This document shows, piece by piece, positions 38,250 through 48,896 of a DNA stretch of 55,018 nucleotides. The DNA lies in the IMG/VR virus record IMGVR_UViG_3300032220_001325, positions 1 through 55,018 of that record. One strand, given 5' to 3'. The stretch comes from a virus. Its lineage: Duplodnaviria > Caudoviricetes. The translations under genes and the position numbers were made by a program. Below the pieces are notes generated by a model. The model worked only from the letters and a program-made list of their open reading frames with translations, made no database searches and had not been told where the DNA came from. How positions within the stretch are numbered: position 1 is the stretch's first letter; every line of letters begins with the position of its first letter.

Positions 38250-39428
38250 ATGGCTAAAAAAGAATTTTCATTTCTAGAGTTAGATAAACAGCTCTCTAAG
38301 ATAGATGGTTTCGAAATGGGATCAATCTTAGAAACAAATGATTTCTCCGAAGTCGGAGAATGGATTTCAACAGGTAACTACTTGCTGAATGCACAGTTAT
38401 CAGGTACTTTGTTCGGTGGTATCGCAAACAACAGGTCAATGGGTATTGCGGGAGATCCACAAACAGGTAAGTCTTTCCTTTGTATGAACATAGTAAGGGA
38501 AGCACAAAAAATGGGATATAATGTAATCTATTGTGACACAGAAGGAGCTATTGATAGAAGCTCTGCCAAGAAATTTGGTATTGACACAAATACAGTAAGA
38601 TATCAGCCAATTAAAACCATTTCAGATTTTAAAGTTTTTGTTGCAAATCTGATCGACAAGGTTAAGGCATATAGAAAAGAGGGTGCTGATCCAAAAATTG
38701 CTATTATTTTGGATTCACTTGGTATGTTATCAACAGACAAAGAAAGCGGCGATGCTTTAAAAGGAAAAAGCGTAATGGATATGGGTATTAGATCTAAGGA
38801 GTTAAGATCTTTATTTAGAGTAATTACCTTAGACCTAACTGCAGTAAAAATTCCTCTAATCTGTACTAATCACACAACCACAGGAGGTATTGGTGGATTT
38901 ATGCCTACTAAAGAAGCTGCTGGTGGTGACGGACCTATCTTCTCTATGAGTAACGTTGTTATGCTTTCCAAGGCACAACTTAAGGAAGGAGATACTAAAA
39001 CAGGTATTATTGTTACATCTACTCCTAAGAAAGCAAGATTTACTCGTCCTTACGCAGTAAAATTCCATATCTCTTTCATGAATGGTATGAATCCTTATGT
39101 TGGATTACAGGACTTTGTTTCTTGGGAAACATGCGGCATTCAAAGAGGTAAATTAGAGGTTGATAAGAAAACAGGGGAAATGATTTTCCAAGGAAATGAA
39201 TCTTCACCTCGCTGGGCAGTTAGGCACTTAGGTAAAACTGTTGCATCTACGCAGATCTTTACTTCTGAGGTATTCACTGAAGAGGTTCTTAAACAATTGG
39301 ACGAAAAAGTAATTGGTCCTCATTTCAAATTGCCTGATCTATTTGACGAGAAGGAATTTGAGGATCTTTTGGAAGGTAACCCAGAAGAACAAGAATCAAC
39401 TTCAGAAGAGGGTAATGGAGAAGAGTAA
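38250..39428 (+). CDS. uvsX: UvsX RecA-like recombinase
   Basis: ISTGNYLLN, Walker A GDPQTGKS, YCDTEGA, ILDSLG, TNH. Confidence 0.9.
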   Translation: MAKKEFSFLELDKQLSKIDGFEMGSILETNDFSEVGEWISTGNYLLNAQLSGTLFGGIANNRSMGIAGDPQTGKSFLCMNIVREAQKMGYNVIYCDTEGAIDRSSAKKFGIDTNTVRYQPIKTISDFKVFVANLIDKVKAYRKEGADPKIAIILDSLGMLSTDKESGDALKGKSVMDMGIRSKELRSLFRVITLDLTAVKIPLICTNHTTTGGIGGFMPTKEAAGGDGPIFSMSNVVMLSKAQLKEGDTKTGIIVTSTPKKARFTRPYAVKFHISFMNGMNPYVGLQDFVSWETCGIQRGKLEVDKKTGEMIFQGNESSPRWAVRHLGKTVASTQIFTSEVFTEEVLKQLDEKVIGPHFKLPDLFDEKEFEDLLEGNPEEQESTSEEGNGEE

Positions 39429-39708
39429 ACTTAAAATGAAATATCTCCTAGGTATTTGGAAAGATTTGCCAGAGTATCCAACTAAAGAAGATGTCATATA
39501 CGAATTAAATTCATATCTGATTAAGGATGGAAGACCCGACGGTGAATTCTCAGACCAAACATTTAATTCTTTCCTACCTCAAGGGTGGGAGAAAATGAAA
39601 CAAGGAGAGATCATCGAGGATCTTATCGAAACTGGGATTTTTGAAAAAACTGAAAGAACTGTAGGGAACAAAAATTGGTACAAAATAAAGGATAATCCAC
39701 ACTATTAA
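39415..39708 (+). CDS. Hypothetical protein
   Basis: Likely start at ATG 39415; fills gap between uvsX and helicase. Confidence 0.65.
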   Translation: MEKSKLKMKYLLGIWKDLPEYPTKEDVIYELNSYLIKDGRPDGEFSDQTFNSFLPQGWEKMKQGEIIEDLIETGIFEKTERTVGNKNWYKIKDNPHY

Positions 39709-39713
39709 GAAAC

Positions 39714-41015
39714 ATGCAAAATCAACATCTAGAGAATATTTGGTTTAAAGCCGTAATTGAAAATCCAAGTTACATTGAAACCACTGAGTCTGGGTTTTTT
39801 AAAAATCCAGATTATCAAGAGGCTTTTAAGGTAGTAAAATCTTTTTGGAAAAAATATCAGCAAGTACCTAGCAAGAATCAGGTAAGAGAATCAGCAAAAC
39901 TTTTAAAGATTGAGGATAAGCTTACAGATTCGCTTCTGGAATCTATGTGGTCTATCAATTTGCAGGACTATGACTTAGATTGGCTTCAACAAAACACTGA
40001 ATCATGGATTGAGTGGAAGACTCTAGAAAAAAGTGCGGTTGACTCGATCAATTATATTAAGAGCACTGATGTAACACCGGATAACATCAAGGACGTAATT
40101 AACACATATAAATCTATCGTTGTTGACAGAAACAAGATAGATTTTTCTTTTGATTCAGGATTAGATTTTAATGATCCTGAATCTCACAGACAATTATCAT
40201 CTCAGACGTTTTCTAGTGGATACGAATACATTGATTTTTGTTTAGGTGGTGGATTTTCAGCAAAATGCCTTTATGTATTTCTTGGACAGCCTAAAGTTGG
40301 TAAGACCTTATGGCTAGGCAATATAGCAACGCAAGCGGTAAGAGCTTCTAATAATGTTGCTATCATTACACTAGAGCTTGGTGACAGAAAATATATGAAA
40401 AGATTAGGTTCTAATCTTTTAGGTATTAAAATGTCAGAGTATAAGGATAATGCTGAGAATTCAGAATTGATCAAGAAAAAGATTAAAAATATAGCTTTTG
40501 ATAATCTAGCAACCCCCGGTCATTTAATAGTTAAAGAATTTCCAACGTCACAGGCATCAGCAATCGATGTTGAAAATTGGTTAACCAAAGTGGAACAATC
40601 TAAGGGTATAAAATTTAAGATAGTAGTAGTTGACTATATTAATATTATGAAGAACTGGAGAAATCCAAATTCTGAAAATACCTACATGAAAATAAAGCAG
40701 ATTGCAGAGGATTTAAGAGCCGCAGCACAAAGAAATGAATGGGCTATAGTTACTGCAACACAAACTAAACAAAGTGAATTCGACGCTACTGATCTAAGCA
40801 TGAATTCAGCTTCAGAATCTTCAGGCCTTGTAGCTACTGTAGATGGTATGTTTGGTATTATACAAGATCCTATGATGTATACAAACAACGAATATAAACT
40901 AAAGCTACTCGCTAATAGGGACGAGGGATACAAGAACTCGTACAAGAAATTCTTAGTAGATTACAACTACATGAGGATTTCCGAAGACCCTAATTCTCAA
41001 ATAATGAATGATTAA
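39714..41015 (+). CDS. DnaB-like replicative helicase (T4 gp41-like)
   Basis: GQPKVGKT, ITLE, VVDYINI, TATQT, SESSG. Confidence 0.9.
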   Translation: MQNQHLENIWFKAVIENPSYIETTESGFFKNPDYQEAFKVVKSFWKKYQQVPSKNQVRESAKLLKIEDKLTDSLLESMWSINLQDYDLDWLQQNTESWIEWKTLEKSAVDSINYIKSTDVTPDNIKDVINTYKSIVVDRNKIDFSFDSGLDFNDPESHRQLSSQTFSSGYEYIDFCLGGGFSAKCLYVFLGQPKVGKTLWLGNIATQAVRASNNVAIITLELGDRKYMKRLGSNLLGIKMSEYKDNAENSELIKKKIKNIAFDNLATPGHLIVKEFPTSQASAIDVENWLTKVEQSKGIKFKIVVVDYINIMKNWRNPNSENTYMKIKQIAEDLRAAAQRNEWAIVTATQTKQSEFDATDLSMNSASESSGLVATVDGMFGIIQDPMMYTNNEYKLKLLANRDEGYKNSYKKFLVDYNYMRISEDPNSQIMND

Positions 41016-41494
41016 TGACTAAACAGAAAAAGCTCATTGAAGATGAAAAAAATGAATTCGAAGAATTTGACGAAATAAAAGACTCGCAGGATAATACAAC
41101 CAATTCCGAAATTGATGAGTATGATCCTGATCCTTCTTTGGATTATAGAAGTTTGCAATCAGTAGTTACTTACGAGGATGAAGATTATATTCATGCAACT
41201 AAACTGAATACTAGAATAGATGAGATATTTCAGAAATCTAGATGGACGGTAATTAGCCCAAATAAAAAAATACCAAAAGATCTTATACCTCTTATTTTTC
41301 AGGATATACTACAGGATTTAGAGGAAACAGAATTCAGTATGGTAGAAAAATTCGTGGGTATTTGTGATTATACAGCTATAAATTATCAAAAAGCTTATGA
41401 GTCAATCCATATGAAATATAAGGAACAGATAGTACAAGAGATGGACAACAAATATGGAATACTAGGAAAAAGAGGAATTAAAAAGATTTTCTAA
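41015..41494 (+). CDS. Hypothetical protein
   Basis: 159 aa ORF translationally coupled on both sides. Confidence 0.7.
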   Translation: MTKQKKLIEDEKNEFEEFDEIKDSQDNTTNSEIDEYDPDPSLDYRSLQSVVTYEDEDYIHATKLNTRIDEIFQKSRWTVISPNKKIPKDLIPLIFQDILQDLEETEFSMVEKFVGICDYTAINYQKAYESIHMKYKEQIVQEMDNKYGILGKRGIKKIF

Positions 41495-42603
41495 TGATCA
41501 ATTTACCAAATATTAAAAGAATAATTTTCATTACTGATACGCATCTAGGAGTTAGAAATAATTCTAATGATTGGATACAAATTCATGAGGATTACTTTAA
41601 AAATTGGTTTATTCCTCTTTGTAGAAAGATTTATAAACCTGGGGACTGTTTAGTACACCTAGGGGATGTTTATGATAGTAGACAATCACTAAATCTTAGG
41701 GTTTTAAATCTGGGCATAGAAATATTTGAGGAATTATCCTCCATATTTAAAGATGGAATCTACATCATCTGCGGAAACCATGACATCTATGGAAAAAATA
41801 CGAATGAGGTAAATTCTTTAAAATCACTTAAGTGGATTCCTAAAGTAAACATATTCGAAGAGCCAGAAACTATACAGTTTGGCCCTAAGAAAGTATTTCT
41901 GATGCCATGGAGAAAAGATCATGAAGCAGAGAGAGAAGTTTTAGCAGCAGTAGGAGAACATGATTATATGTTCTGCCACACGGATCTTAAAGGTCTGATG
42001 TTTAATAAGTTCGTAAGGATTGAAGAAGGACTAAATTATGACGACATGAATAAATTCGAAAGGGTTTATTCAGGACATATACATTATTCTCAGAATTTTG
42101 GTAAAATGAGAATGCTAGGATCTCCTTATCAACTTACAAGATCTGATACGGATAATCCTAAAGGAATAACTATTCTAGATTTAGAAACAGGGAACGAAGA
42201 ATACTATGACAATAACTACTCACCTAAGTTTGTTAGAATCACTTTTGAGAAGGTTATCAATTCTACACCAGAAGAGCTAAATCCTATCTTTAAAAATAAT
42301 TTCATAGACATATTAGTAGATCCTGAGATAGCAGTTAAAGCTCCTTTGGGTCTTTTAACCGATTATGTCACGCCCCCACTAAAAATATCTTTTACCCCTA
42401 TAACTTCACCAGATCAGAATATAGTTGATGAAGGATTTCACGATTTAGAGGGTAAGAGTTTTTCAATATTAGAATTAACTAAATTGTACCTTGAAAAGTG
42501 TAATTACGAGGAGGATAAGAGTAAGAAAATTTACGGAGCGATAGAGAAGCTATTACATAAGGTATCAGTAAAAGCAGAAGAAGATGAAGATCAAGAAGAT
42601 TGA
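41494..42603 (+). CDS. Mre11/SbcD-like recombination nuclease (T4 gp47-like)
   Basis: TDTHLG, LGDVYD, GNHD, SGHIH. Confidence 0.9.
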   Translation: MINLPNIKRIIFITDTHLGVRNNSNDWIQIHEDYFKNWFIPLCRKIYKPGDCLVHLGDVYDSRQSLNLRVLNLGIEIFEELSSIFKDGIYIICGNHDIYGKNTNEVNSLKSLKWIPKVNIFEEPETIQFGPKKVFLMPWRKDHEAEREVLAAVGEHDYMFCHTDLKGLMFNKFVRIEEGLNYDDMNKFERVYSGHIHYSQNFGKMRMLGSPYQLTRSDTDNPKGITILDLETGNEEYYDNNYSPKFVRITFEKVINSTPEELNPIFKNNFIDILVDPEIAVKAPLGLLTDYVTPPLKISFTPITSPDQNIVDEGFHDLEGKSFSILELTKLYLEKCNYEEDKSKKIYGAIEKLLHKVSVKAEEDEDQED

Positions 42604-44251
42604 ATGGAAAAATGTTGCTTCGTATGGCAATAAAATACAAAGACTTGATCTCCCAGAAAAAGCTGGATTAATACAGGTAGTGGGAGAAAACGGGGTTGGT
42701 AAATCTACTATCTCCGATGTTATTACTTTTGGTCTATACGGAAAGCTAGAAGGTAAAAAATTAAAAGACATACCTAACAGATCTAATGGATCCGCATGGA
42801 TGAAAATTACATTCGAGCAAGACGGAAGAACATATGAGGTAGAAAGAGGATTAGATCCTAATGTATTTCAGCTTTCAATTGACGGATCTATCTATGACAG
42901 GGCTGGGCAAAAAAACGTACAAGATTTCCTTGCAGAAGATATCCTAAAAATTCCGTATTACGTGTTTAACAACACGATTTCTCTTTCCATTAATGATTTT
43001 AAGAGTTTTCTTAAAATGAGCGTAGCTGACAAGAAATTGATCATAGACAAGATATTTGGCTTCTATATTCTGAATGAAATGCGGGATATACTTAAAGAGG
43101 AGTCAAAAACCATAAAATCTTCAATAGATAGACTGTCTGGTGAAATATTTGCAACAGGAAGATCCATAACGAATTCACAAAAGGAACTCGAAGAGTTACA
43201 AAAAAGATTGGTAGAGAATGCAGGCGAGGAGATAGAAAATACAGAGGAGCAGTTATCAAATTATAAAAACCTTCTTAAACTCCACACTGATAGACTTAAA
43301 TCTTTTAAGACACAGGAAAACGAAGCTCAGAGAAATGTAACCAATTCGTACGAGGCATTAAGTGACATTATATCTAAGATAAAGGAAATTGATTCTAAAA
43401 TGAACCTTTATAATAATGATAAGTGCCCAACATGCTCCACAGATTTAACCTCAGATTTTCATAAGAATATATTCGACGATCTTTCCACACAGAGGGAATC
43501 CTTGATGGAACAATCTAAGGATCTAAAAGCTAATTATGATTCTGCTAAGTCTGCACAGAATGAATTATCAGTAATTAAGAATGATCTTTTCACCAAAGGT
43601 GGTAAGATAGAATCAGGTATTAAGAATCTACAGGAAAAGCTTAAAAATCTAAAGACCGGAAAAAACAACGATCAGGTTAATTCTATAAAAAAGCTTCTTA
43701 ATACTGCAGGTGATGAACTAGCAGAATTTAACAAGGAGAAAGGATCGTGGGAGGAAAAACAAATATGGGTTAAGACCTTAGACGAAGTCCTTAGTGAAAA
43801 AGGTGTTAAACAGCTCGCTATTAAGTCTATTCTTCCTTCACTTAATAATGAGATACTTAATACCCTTTTATCTCTGCATTTGCCTTATAAAGTTGTTTTT
43901 AATGAGGAGTTTAATGCACAGATCTTCCATCTGGGTGAAGAAATCTCTCCACAAACTCTTTCTACTGGCGAGATGAAAAAAGTTGATTTTGCAGTTCTTG
44001 TTGCAATAATTAAACTAATGAAAATCAGATTTTCGTCGGTAAACATACTTTTTCTTGACGAAATATTTAGTTCTGTAGATCCTGACGGGGTACACACGAT
44101 TCTTAATACTTTAAGGAAACTTTCAGACGATCTTCACATGAATATCTTTGTAATCAACCATGCTCCGATGCCAACTGAGATATTCGATTATAAAATAGAG
44201 ATTACAAAGAAAAATAACTTCTCTGATATCCTATTCGAAAAACTAGGATAA
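42584..44251 (+). CDS. Rad50/SbcC-like ATPase (T4 gp46-like)
   Basis: GENGVGKS, CPTC zinc hook in coiled coil, LSTGE, FLDE. Confidence 0.9.
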   Translation: MKIKKIEWKNVASYGNKIQRLDLPEKAGLIQVVGENGVGKSTISDVITFGLYGKLEGKKLKDIPNRSNGSAWMKITFEQDGRTYEVERGLDPNVFQLSIDGSIYDRAGQKNVQDFLAEDILKIPYYVFNNTISLSINDFKSFLKMSVADKKLIIDKIFGFYILNEMRDILKEESKTIKSSIDRLSGEIFATGRSITNSQKELEELQKRLVENAGEEIENTEEQLSNYKNLLKLHTDRLKSFKTQENEAQRNVTNSYEALSDIISKIKEIDSKMNLYNNDKCPTCSTDLTSDFHKNIFDDLSTQRESLMEQSKDLKANYDSAKSAQNELSVIKNDLFTKGGKIESGIKNLQEKLKNLKTGKNNDQVNSIKKLLNTAGDELAEFNKEKGSWEEKQIWVKTLDEVLSEKGVKQLAIKSILPSLNNEILNTLLSLHLPYKVVFNEEFNAQIFHLGEEISPQTLSTGEMKKVDFAVLVAIIKLMKIRFSSVNILFLDEIFSSVDPDGVHTILNTLRKLSDDLHMNIFVINHAPMPTEIFDYKIEITKKNNFSDILFEKLG

Positions 44252-44274
44252 ATCTTGCTGGGGATATATAAATC

Positions 44275-44733
44275 ATGGCTGAAATATTTCCCGCAGGAAC
44301 AACTACTTTAAGAAACCTAACACCAAAATTTAATTATTTCTTGGTTGTTAAACCAGATAGTCTGGCTGATGATATTCCACAAAAAGAATACTTTGTTTAC
44401 AGATTCAAGGTTGCTGTTTCGTCTAAAGATGGAATAAAATCACTTAAAAATTATTTCGTAGGTGTTACCTTAATAGAATGTAGAAGCCTTAGTGATAACG
44501 AATATGCTACAGGAATTTTTTCACATCCTGACTATATTAACCAAAACAAACAGCCCTTAACCTTCAGGCTAAGAGATATACCTATTTACTTCCAATCTAA
44601 TGTTAGAGTTATTGATCTAAACAAAGATCCATATCAATACGGAAGTAAACCAATCATTAAGGATAATACCTCCACAATAAATGACGATCTATACTATCAG
44701 AGGGTAGGTGGAGCTCCTTTAATTAATAAATAA
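44275..44733 (+). CDS. Hypothetical protein
   Basis: 152 aa; GATATATA upstream. Confidence 0.7.
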   Translation: MAEIFPAGTTTLRNLTPKFNYFLVVKPDSLADDIPQKEYFVYRFKVAVSSKDGIKSLKNYFVGVTLIECRSLSDNEYATGIFSHPDYINQNKQPLTFRLRDIPIYFQSNVRVIDLNKDPYQYGSKPIIKDNTSTINDDLYYQRVGGAPLINK

Positions 44734-44735
44734 AG

Positions 44736-45572
44736 ATGGATTTTTTAGAAAAATATAATACTGACGACGTATTCCTTAGAGGGGTAATACTTGGACTCCT
44801 TAGTAAATTAAATGAAACTATAACATATACACAGATCGATTCAGATCAAGTAAAAAGTGTTATTTATATTCCATTCTTTTACTCCATGGTAGGGGATGAA
44901 CCATTCTTACAAGATTTTTATCTTAGTTATGAAGATTGCGACGGAAAACCTGCTTTTGCAGAGGGTAACTACGACGTAGTACCAAGGGGGATGTTAGAAA
45001 TGGGAGCCATTAGAATAGAAACATCCTCTGCAACCACTAAATTCGTAAGAGCTTCATACGTAAAGGAGATAGAAAAAGATTCTGGTAGCGAAATGAAGAC
45101 GTTTTCTTCCTATCTAAATCCAATACCGTTAGGTATACAGATCAATGCTAAAATAAAAGCTGATACAACTATAGATGCTTTTAAAATTCAACAAAGCGTT
45201 TTAGAAATACTATATAAAAGATTCGTTTATTATTTCAACTATAAAGGATTTAGAATACCTGTACAAGTAAGTTTACAGGATGCACCACCAGATAAACAGC
45301 CAAATAATTTTCAAATGTCTTATGGCTCGCAAAGAGGTGAAGCTATTACTCTTTCTTTTAGCATGGATCTAGAAACTTACCTTCCACAGTTGGATCTAAC
45401 AACCGAAAGATTCAGAGGAAATTTAATGCAAGGTGGAATAAGATTAAATGTAGAAATAGGAAAAGCACCAATTGATAACTCTACAATAATAGAAGGATTA
45501 GGTGTATATGATATAAGAAAGGATATACAAGGAGTTACTGGAGCTACAGGAGAAGGACCTTCTAATCCTTAA
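44736..45572 (+). CDS. Tail completion / sheath stabilizer (T4 gp15-like)
   Basis: Size and position before neck, terminase and sheath genes; IPFFY and VPRG segments. Confidence 0.5.
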   Translation: MDFLEKYNTDDVFLRGVILGLLSKLNETITYTQIDSDQVKSVIYIPFFYSMVGDEPFLQDFYLSYEDCDGKPAFAEGNYDVVPRGMLEMGAIRIETSSATTKFVRASYVKEIEKDSGSEMKTFSSYLNPIPLGIQINAKIKADTTIDAFKIQQSVLEILYKRFVYYFNYKGFRIPVQVSLQDAPPDKQPNNFQMSYGSQRGEAITLSFSMDLETYLPQLDLTTERFRGNLMQGGIRLNVEIGKAPIDNSTIIEGLGVYDIRKDIQGVTGATGEGPSNP

Positions 45573-45883
45573 GAATTTAACATCTGGTCTCCACCTTCTG
45601 TATTTAAAGGCTCCTCTTTATTTACCTCGTCTATAGTAATTCCGTTATCTTTAGATTTTCTGTATCCTAATAAAGCTGCACCTATCCCTATTAAAACTAT
45701 AGATTGTGTAACTATGTCTATGGTGTTACCAAAAAACATTTTATCTACACATCCTAGCAGAAAGCACACACCGCCTATTGCTACTATATAAAGTCCTGCA
45801 GTTCCACTTCCTGATGTTTTGCCGTCTGAATTAGATGTTAATTGTCCAAAACTGAACTTATCGATGTCTGGTCTTAATCTCAT
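45569..45883 (-). CDS. Small two-TM membrane protein (holin-like)
   Basis: Two hydrophobic helices, charged C-terminus. Confidence 0.5.
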   Translation of the reverse strand: MRLRPDIDKFSFGQLTSNSDGKTSGSGTAGLYIVAIGGVCFLLGCVDKMFFGNTIDIVTQSIVLIGIGAALLGYRKSKDNGITIDEVNKEEPLNTEGGDQMLNS

Positions 45884-45925
45884 AATACTTTTTTACTGAT
45901 ATATATTAGAAATAGATAGCGCATA

Positions 45926-48118
45926 ATGGCAGAATTAATAGAATTTACATCAATAGGGAATTATAGAATAATTTCATGGAGCCAGCCGTTTAAAAATGTG
46001 CAATCATTTAACGGATGGATTATAGATGCTGAAGGCGAAAATCCTCCAAGCATTTTTCTTTTTCTTGAATATAGATGGAGCGTTAACGGATCCAATTGGT
46101 CTCTTTGGACTGAATTAACCAATCAGTCTATACAAACTATTCCAATATCTCCTACAAATCCTTTCTATATAGAGATAAGGCTAACAGCTTCATCAGATGA
46201 AAATGCAAGTCCTTATTATCCGCCAGGAACTCCTTTGAGTCCTCCTATAATATTAAACGATTTTGAATTAGACCTAACATATTTAACAGTTGATCCCAGA
46301 GATCTAATGACTGCTCCACCCGCACCACTGTGTAGTAAGGAGCTAACAAATTATCCTATTGTTTTTTCAGATTGTAATTTCACATTTAAGCCTTATGATA
46401 TAAACAGAGCTATTAATCTTTATCAAGATCTTAGTAAAGTCGTAAATAATGTTTTTGGACATGAGGTAGTTTATTATTCAGTTCAGCCACAAGGAAGAGG
46501 AAAGGATGTGGTTCTTAAAGAATATACACTATTTGATGTTGTAGACGAAAAATGTATTAAGGTAATGGTTCCTAATAATCAATTCCCTGATGCTGCATTA
46601 AATTTCGAAACATGGGGTTTAAATTTCCAACAACCATTTGAAATCCATATAGACAGGAAATATTTTGAAAGTATATTTGGAAAAGGATCTCAGCCTAGAA
46701 AAAGAGATATAATATATTTTCCAATGACCAATAGGATCTACAGGATAGATTCTATGTATGTTTTTAGAGATATAAATAATTACCCGGTTTACTTTAAAAT
46801 ACAGCTTACAAAGTACGAAATACAAAAAAATACTTCATGGAACGATCCTGCTGCAGAATCTGAACTTCATGACTACACTGTTAATACCCAACAATTATTT
46901 GGTGAGGATGTACAAAATCAGGAAACTGAGACAACAAAACCACAGCAATACGTTGTAACATCACAGAGAAGATTTGAAGATCCTATAAGATCTTACATAA
47001 ATAAAAATCTTCCTATCATAGAATATGATCTTAATAATAATTGGACCATAGTATTTAATAACTACTATGATCTGAATAGCATATTCATTGACGATCCTAA
47101 TACCAAAGATCCAGTATCACCCGATAGTGGTTGGACTGATGAAGAAAGAGATGCAGTGAGATGGAAGGCTGACCCAATATTAACAGATTCGGAAGAAAGA
47201 TCTTTCATGTGTTGGTTTAGAACAAGAAATTATATAGACAAGAGTAAACTTGTACCAAGACCTGCATCAAAGCTTAATATCTCTATCGATAATATAGGAT
47301 CAGGGGAAATCACATATACCACATATCCAGTTTCACACGGAATGCACATAAGACCTAACCCAAATGGATATGTGTCAATATTGGCAGATGGAATAAGATC
47401 CGGAGGCTTTGAGATTATAGAAATTGTAGACTCCTTTAGATTTAAAGTTAAAGATAACGGAGCTGCTGCACCAGTAAGTACTGCTGGATGGAAGGCTCAA
47501 AAAGCACAATCGAGAATACTTTTTGACGGATACTATGGTGGTCAAGGACTATACATAGACTTTATTTGGACAGGATCAAATGGAACAGTTAGTCCAGTAA
47601 CAAATAGTTATTTACAAGTTGGAAGTTTTAGAGTTAGGATAAATAATCTAGAAGTATCATCTCCTTTTGGAGCTGGGGTATCTAGTACTATTGGACAATT
47701 TATCCCTACAGAAGACGATTGGTATGGATTTGTTTTTAATTTTTCTAATGTTTTTAGACAATATTCAATGAAGGTTTGGTCATTAACCTATAATCCTGAT
47801 AATCCTGCAACACAGACTTCAGATCTTAGCTTAGTTCACTCATTGGATGGGGTGACTTCACAAGCATACACTTTCAACGTTACTCCGGTAATAGAGACAG
47901 ATTATGACAGTCCTTTTTACGGAACAAATAATTATTCATATAAAACAAGATCTTGTCCTTTATGGGCAACTAATTACAGATTTTTTAAATACATGGTAGA
48001 AGAGGAAAAACAGTCTGCTATTCTAAATCAGAATATAATAGACGATGCACAGTTAGCAATCATAATAGATAACGCTAAGCCTGTTCTTAAACTTCCAAAA
48101 GTTGCCAGAAATAGATAA
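45926..48118 (+). CDS. Neck / head-closure protein (T4 gp14-like domain) with extensions
   Basis: FGHEVVYY, DVVLKEY, QPRKRDIIYFPMTNRIYRI resemble gp14 core. Confidence 0.6.
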   Translation: MAELIEFTSIGNYRIISWSQPFKNVQSFNGWIIDAEGENPPSIFLFLEYRWSVNGSNWSLWTELTNQSIQTIPISPTNPFYIEIRLTASSDENASPYYPPGTPLSPPIILNDFELDLTYLTVDPRDLMTAPPAPLCSKELTNYPIVFSDCNFTFKPYDINRAINLYQDLSKVVNNVFGHEVVYYSVQPQGRGKDVVLKEYTLFDVVDEKCIKVMVPNNQFPDAALNFETWGLNFQQPFEIHIDRKYFESIFGKGSQPRKRDIIYFPMTNRIYRIDSMYVFRDINNYPVYFKIQLTKYEIQKNTSWNDPAAESELHDYTVNTQQLFGEDVQNQETETTKPQQYVVTSQRRFEDPIRSYINKNLPIIEYDLNNNWTIVFNNYYDLNSIFIDDPNTKDPVSPDSGWTDEERDAVRWKADPILTDSEERSFMCWFRTRNYIDKSKLVPRPASKLNISIDNIGSGEITYTTYPVSHGMHIRPNPNGYVSILADGIRSGGFEIIEIVDSFRFKVKDNGAAAPVSTAGWKAQKAQSRILFDGYYGGQGLYIDFIWTGSNGTVSPVTNSYLQVGSFRVRINNLEVSSPFGAGVSSTIGQFIPTEDDWYGFVFNFSNVFRQYSMKVWSLTYNPDNPATQTSDLSLVHSLDGVTSQAYTFNVTPVIETDYDSPFYGTNNYSYKTRSCPLWATNYRFFKYMVEEEKQSAILNQNIIDDAQLAIIIDNAKPVLKLPKVARNR

Positions 48119-48121
48119 CAT

Positions 48122-48886
48122 ATGCCTAGAAGAAAACCAAAAAAACAAAATTTATCGAAAGAGGCAGAACTTAACCTCAAAGATAAGCTTGATAGTATAA
48201 TACTAGCAGATGAGATGCTTTCTGGGTTATCCACACCGGATATACCACCGATAAAGCCACAAAGATTTATAAATGTAGATAACGTAAAAAACGAGGTTGA
48301 ATCAGAAGCAAGAGCTATTCTAGATTCACTTTCTAAGTTTTACAATGACATGGAATCACTCCCCGCAGATAGTTACATAAAGCATAAGCAAAAAATAGAT
48401 GCTTTAGGAATTTCTACTATGGCTTTCCAGATAAGAACTGCTCAACATGCTATAGCTAAACTTATAGAGGAAATAGATTCTGGAAGATTGGAGCCAAGGC
48501 TTTTTGAGGTTCTTGCTCAGCTGCAAAATCAAATAATGCAGATGCCCAAGAATTTTTCCAACTATATGTCTCAGATGGAGAAAAACTACAAGCAGCTTAA
48601 AGCTGAATCCGAAGAGATCAAAAAACAATCAGAGATTTCTTTTGATGAAAATGGGAATATATTACAAACTCCAGAAAACATAGAAGCTCTAAAAGTTAGA
48701 GGCACCAAGTCTTTAATGGAAAATTTGCAAACTCTAATGAAGGGTGGTAATTTAGTAAAAGAAGCAGAAATACTTCCAATGGACGATGATCTAATAAACC
48801 CAAGAACAAAAGATGGGGGAACCTCCGATTTGTTAGGTGGAAGTGAAGAAGATGATTTTGAATTAGATGACGAGATCTTCGATTAA
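48122..48886 (+). CDS. Hypothetical protein, candidate terminase small subunit
   Basis: Helical, immediately upstream of terL; PRLFEVLAQL resembles the T4 gp16 PRxxEV motif. Confidence 0.5.
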   Translation: MPRRKPKKQNLSKEAELNLKDKLDSIILADEMLSGLSTPDIPPIKPQRFINVDNVKNEVESEARAILDSLSKFYNDMESLPADSYIKHKQKIDALGISTMAFQIRTAQHAIAKLIEEIDSGRLEPRLFEVLAQLQNQIMQMPKNFSNYMSQMEKNYKQLKAESEEIKKQSEISFDENGNILQTPENIEALKVRGTKSLMENLQTLMKGGNLVKEAEILPMDDDLINPRTKDGGTSDLLGGSEEDDFELDDEIFD

Positions 48887-48896
48887 TTTTTAAAAT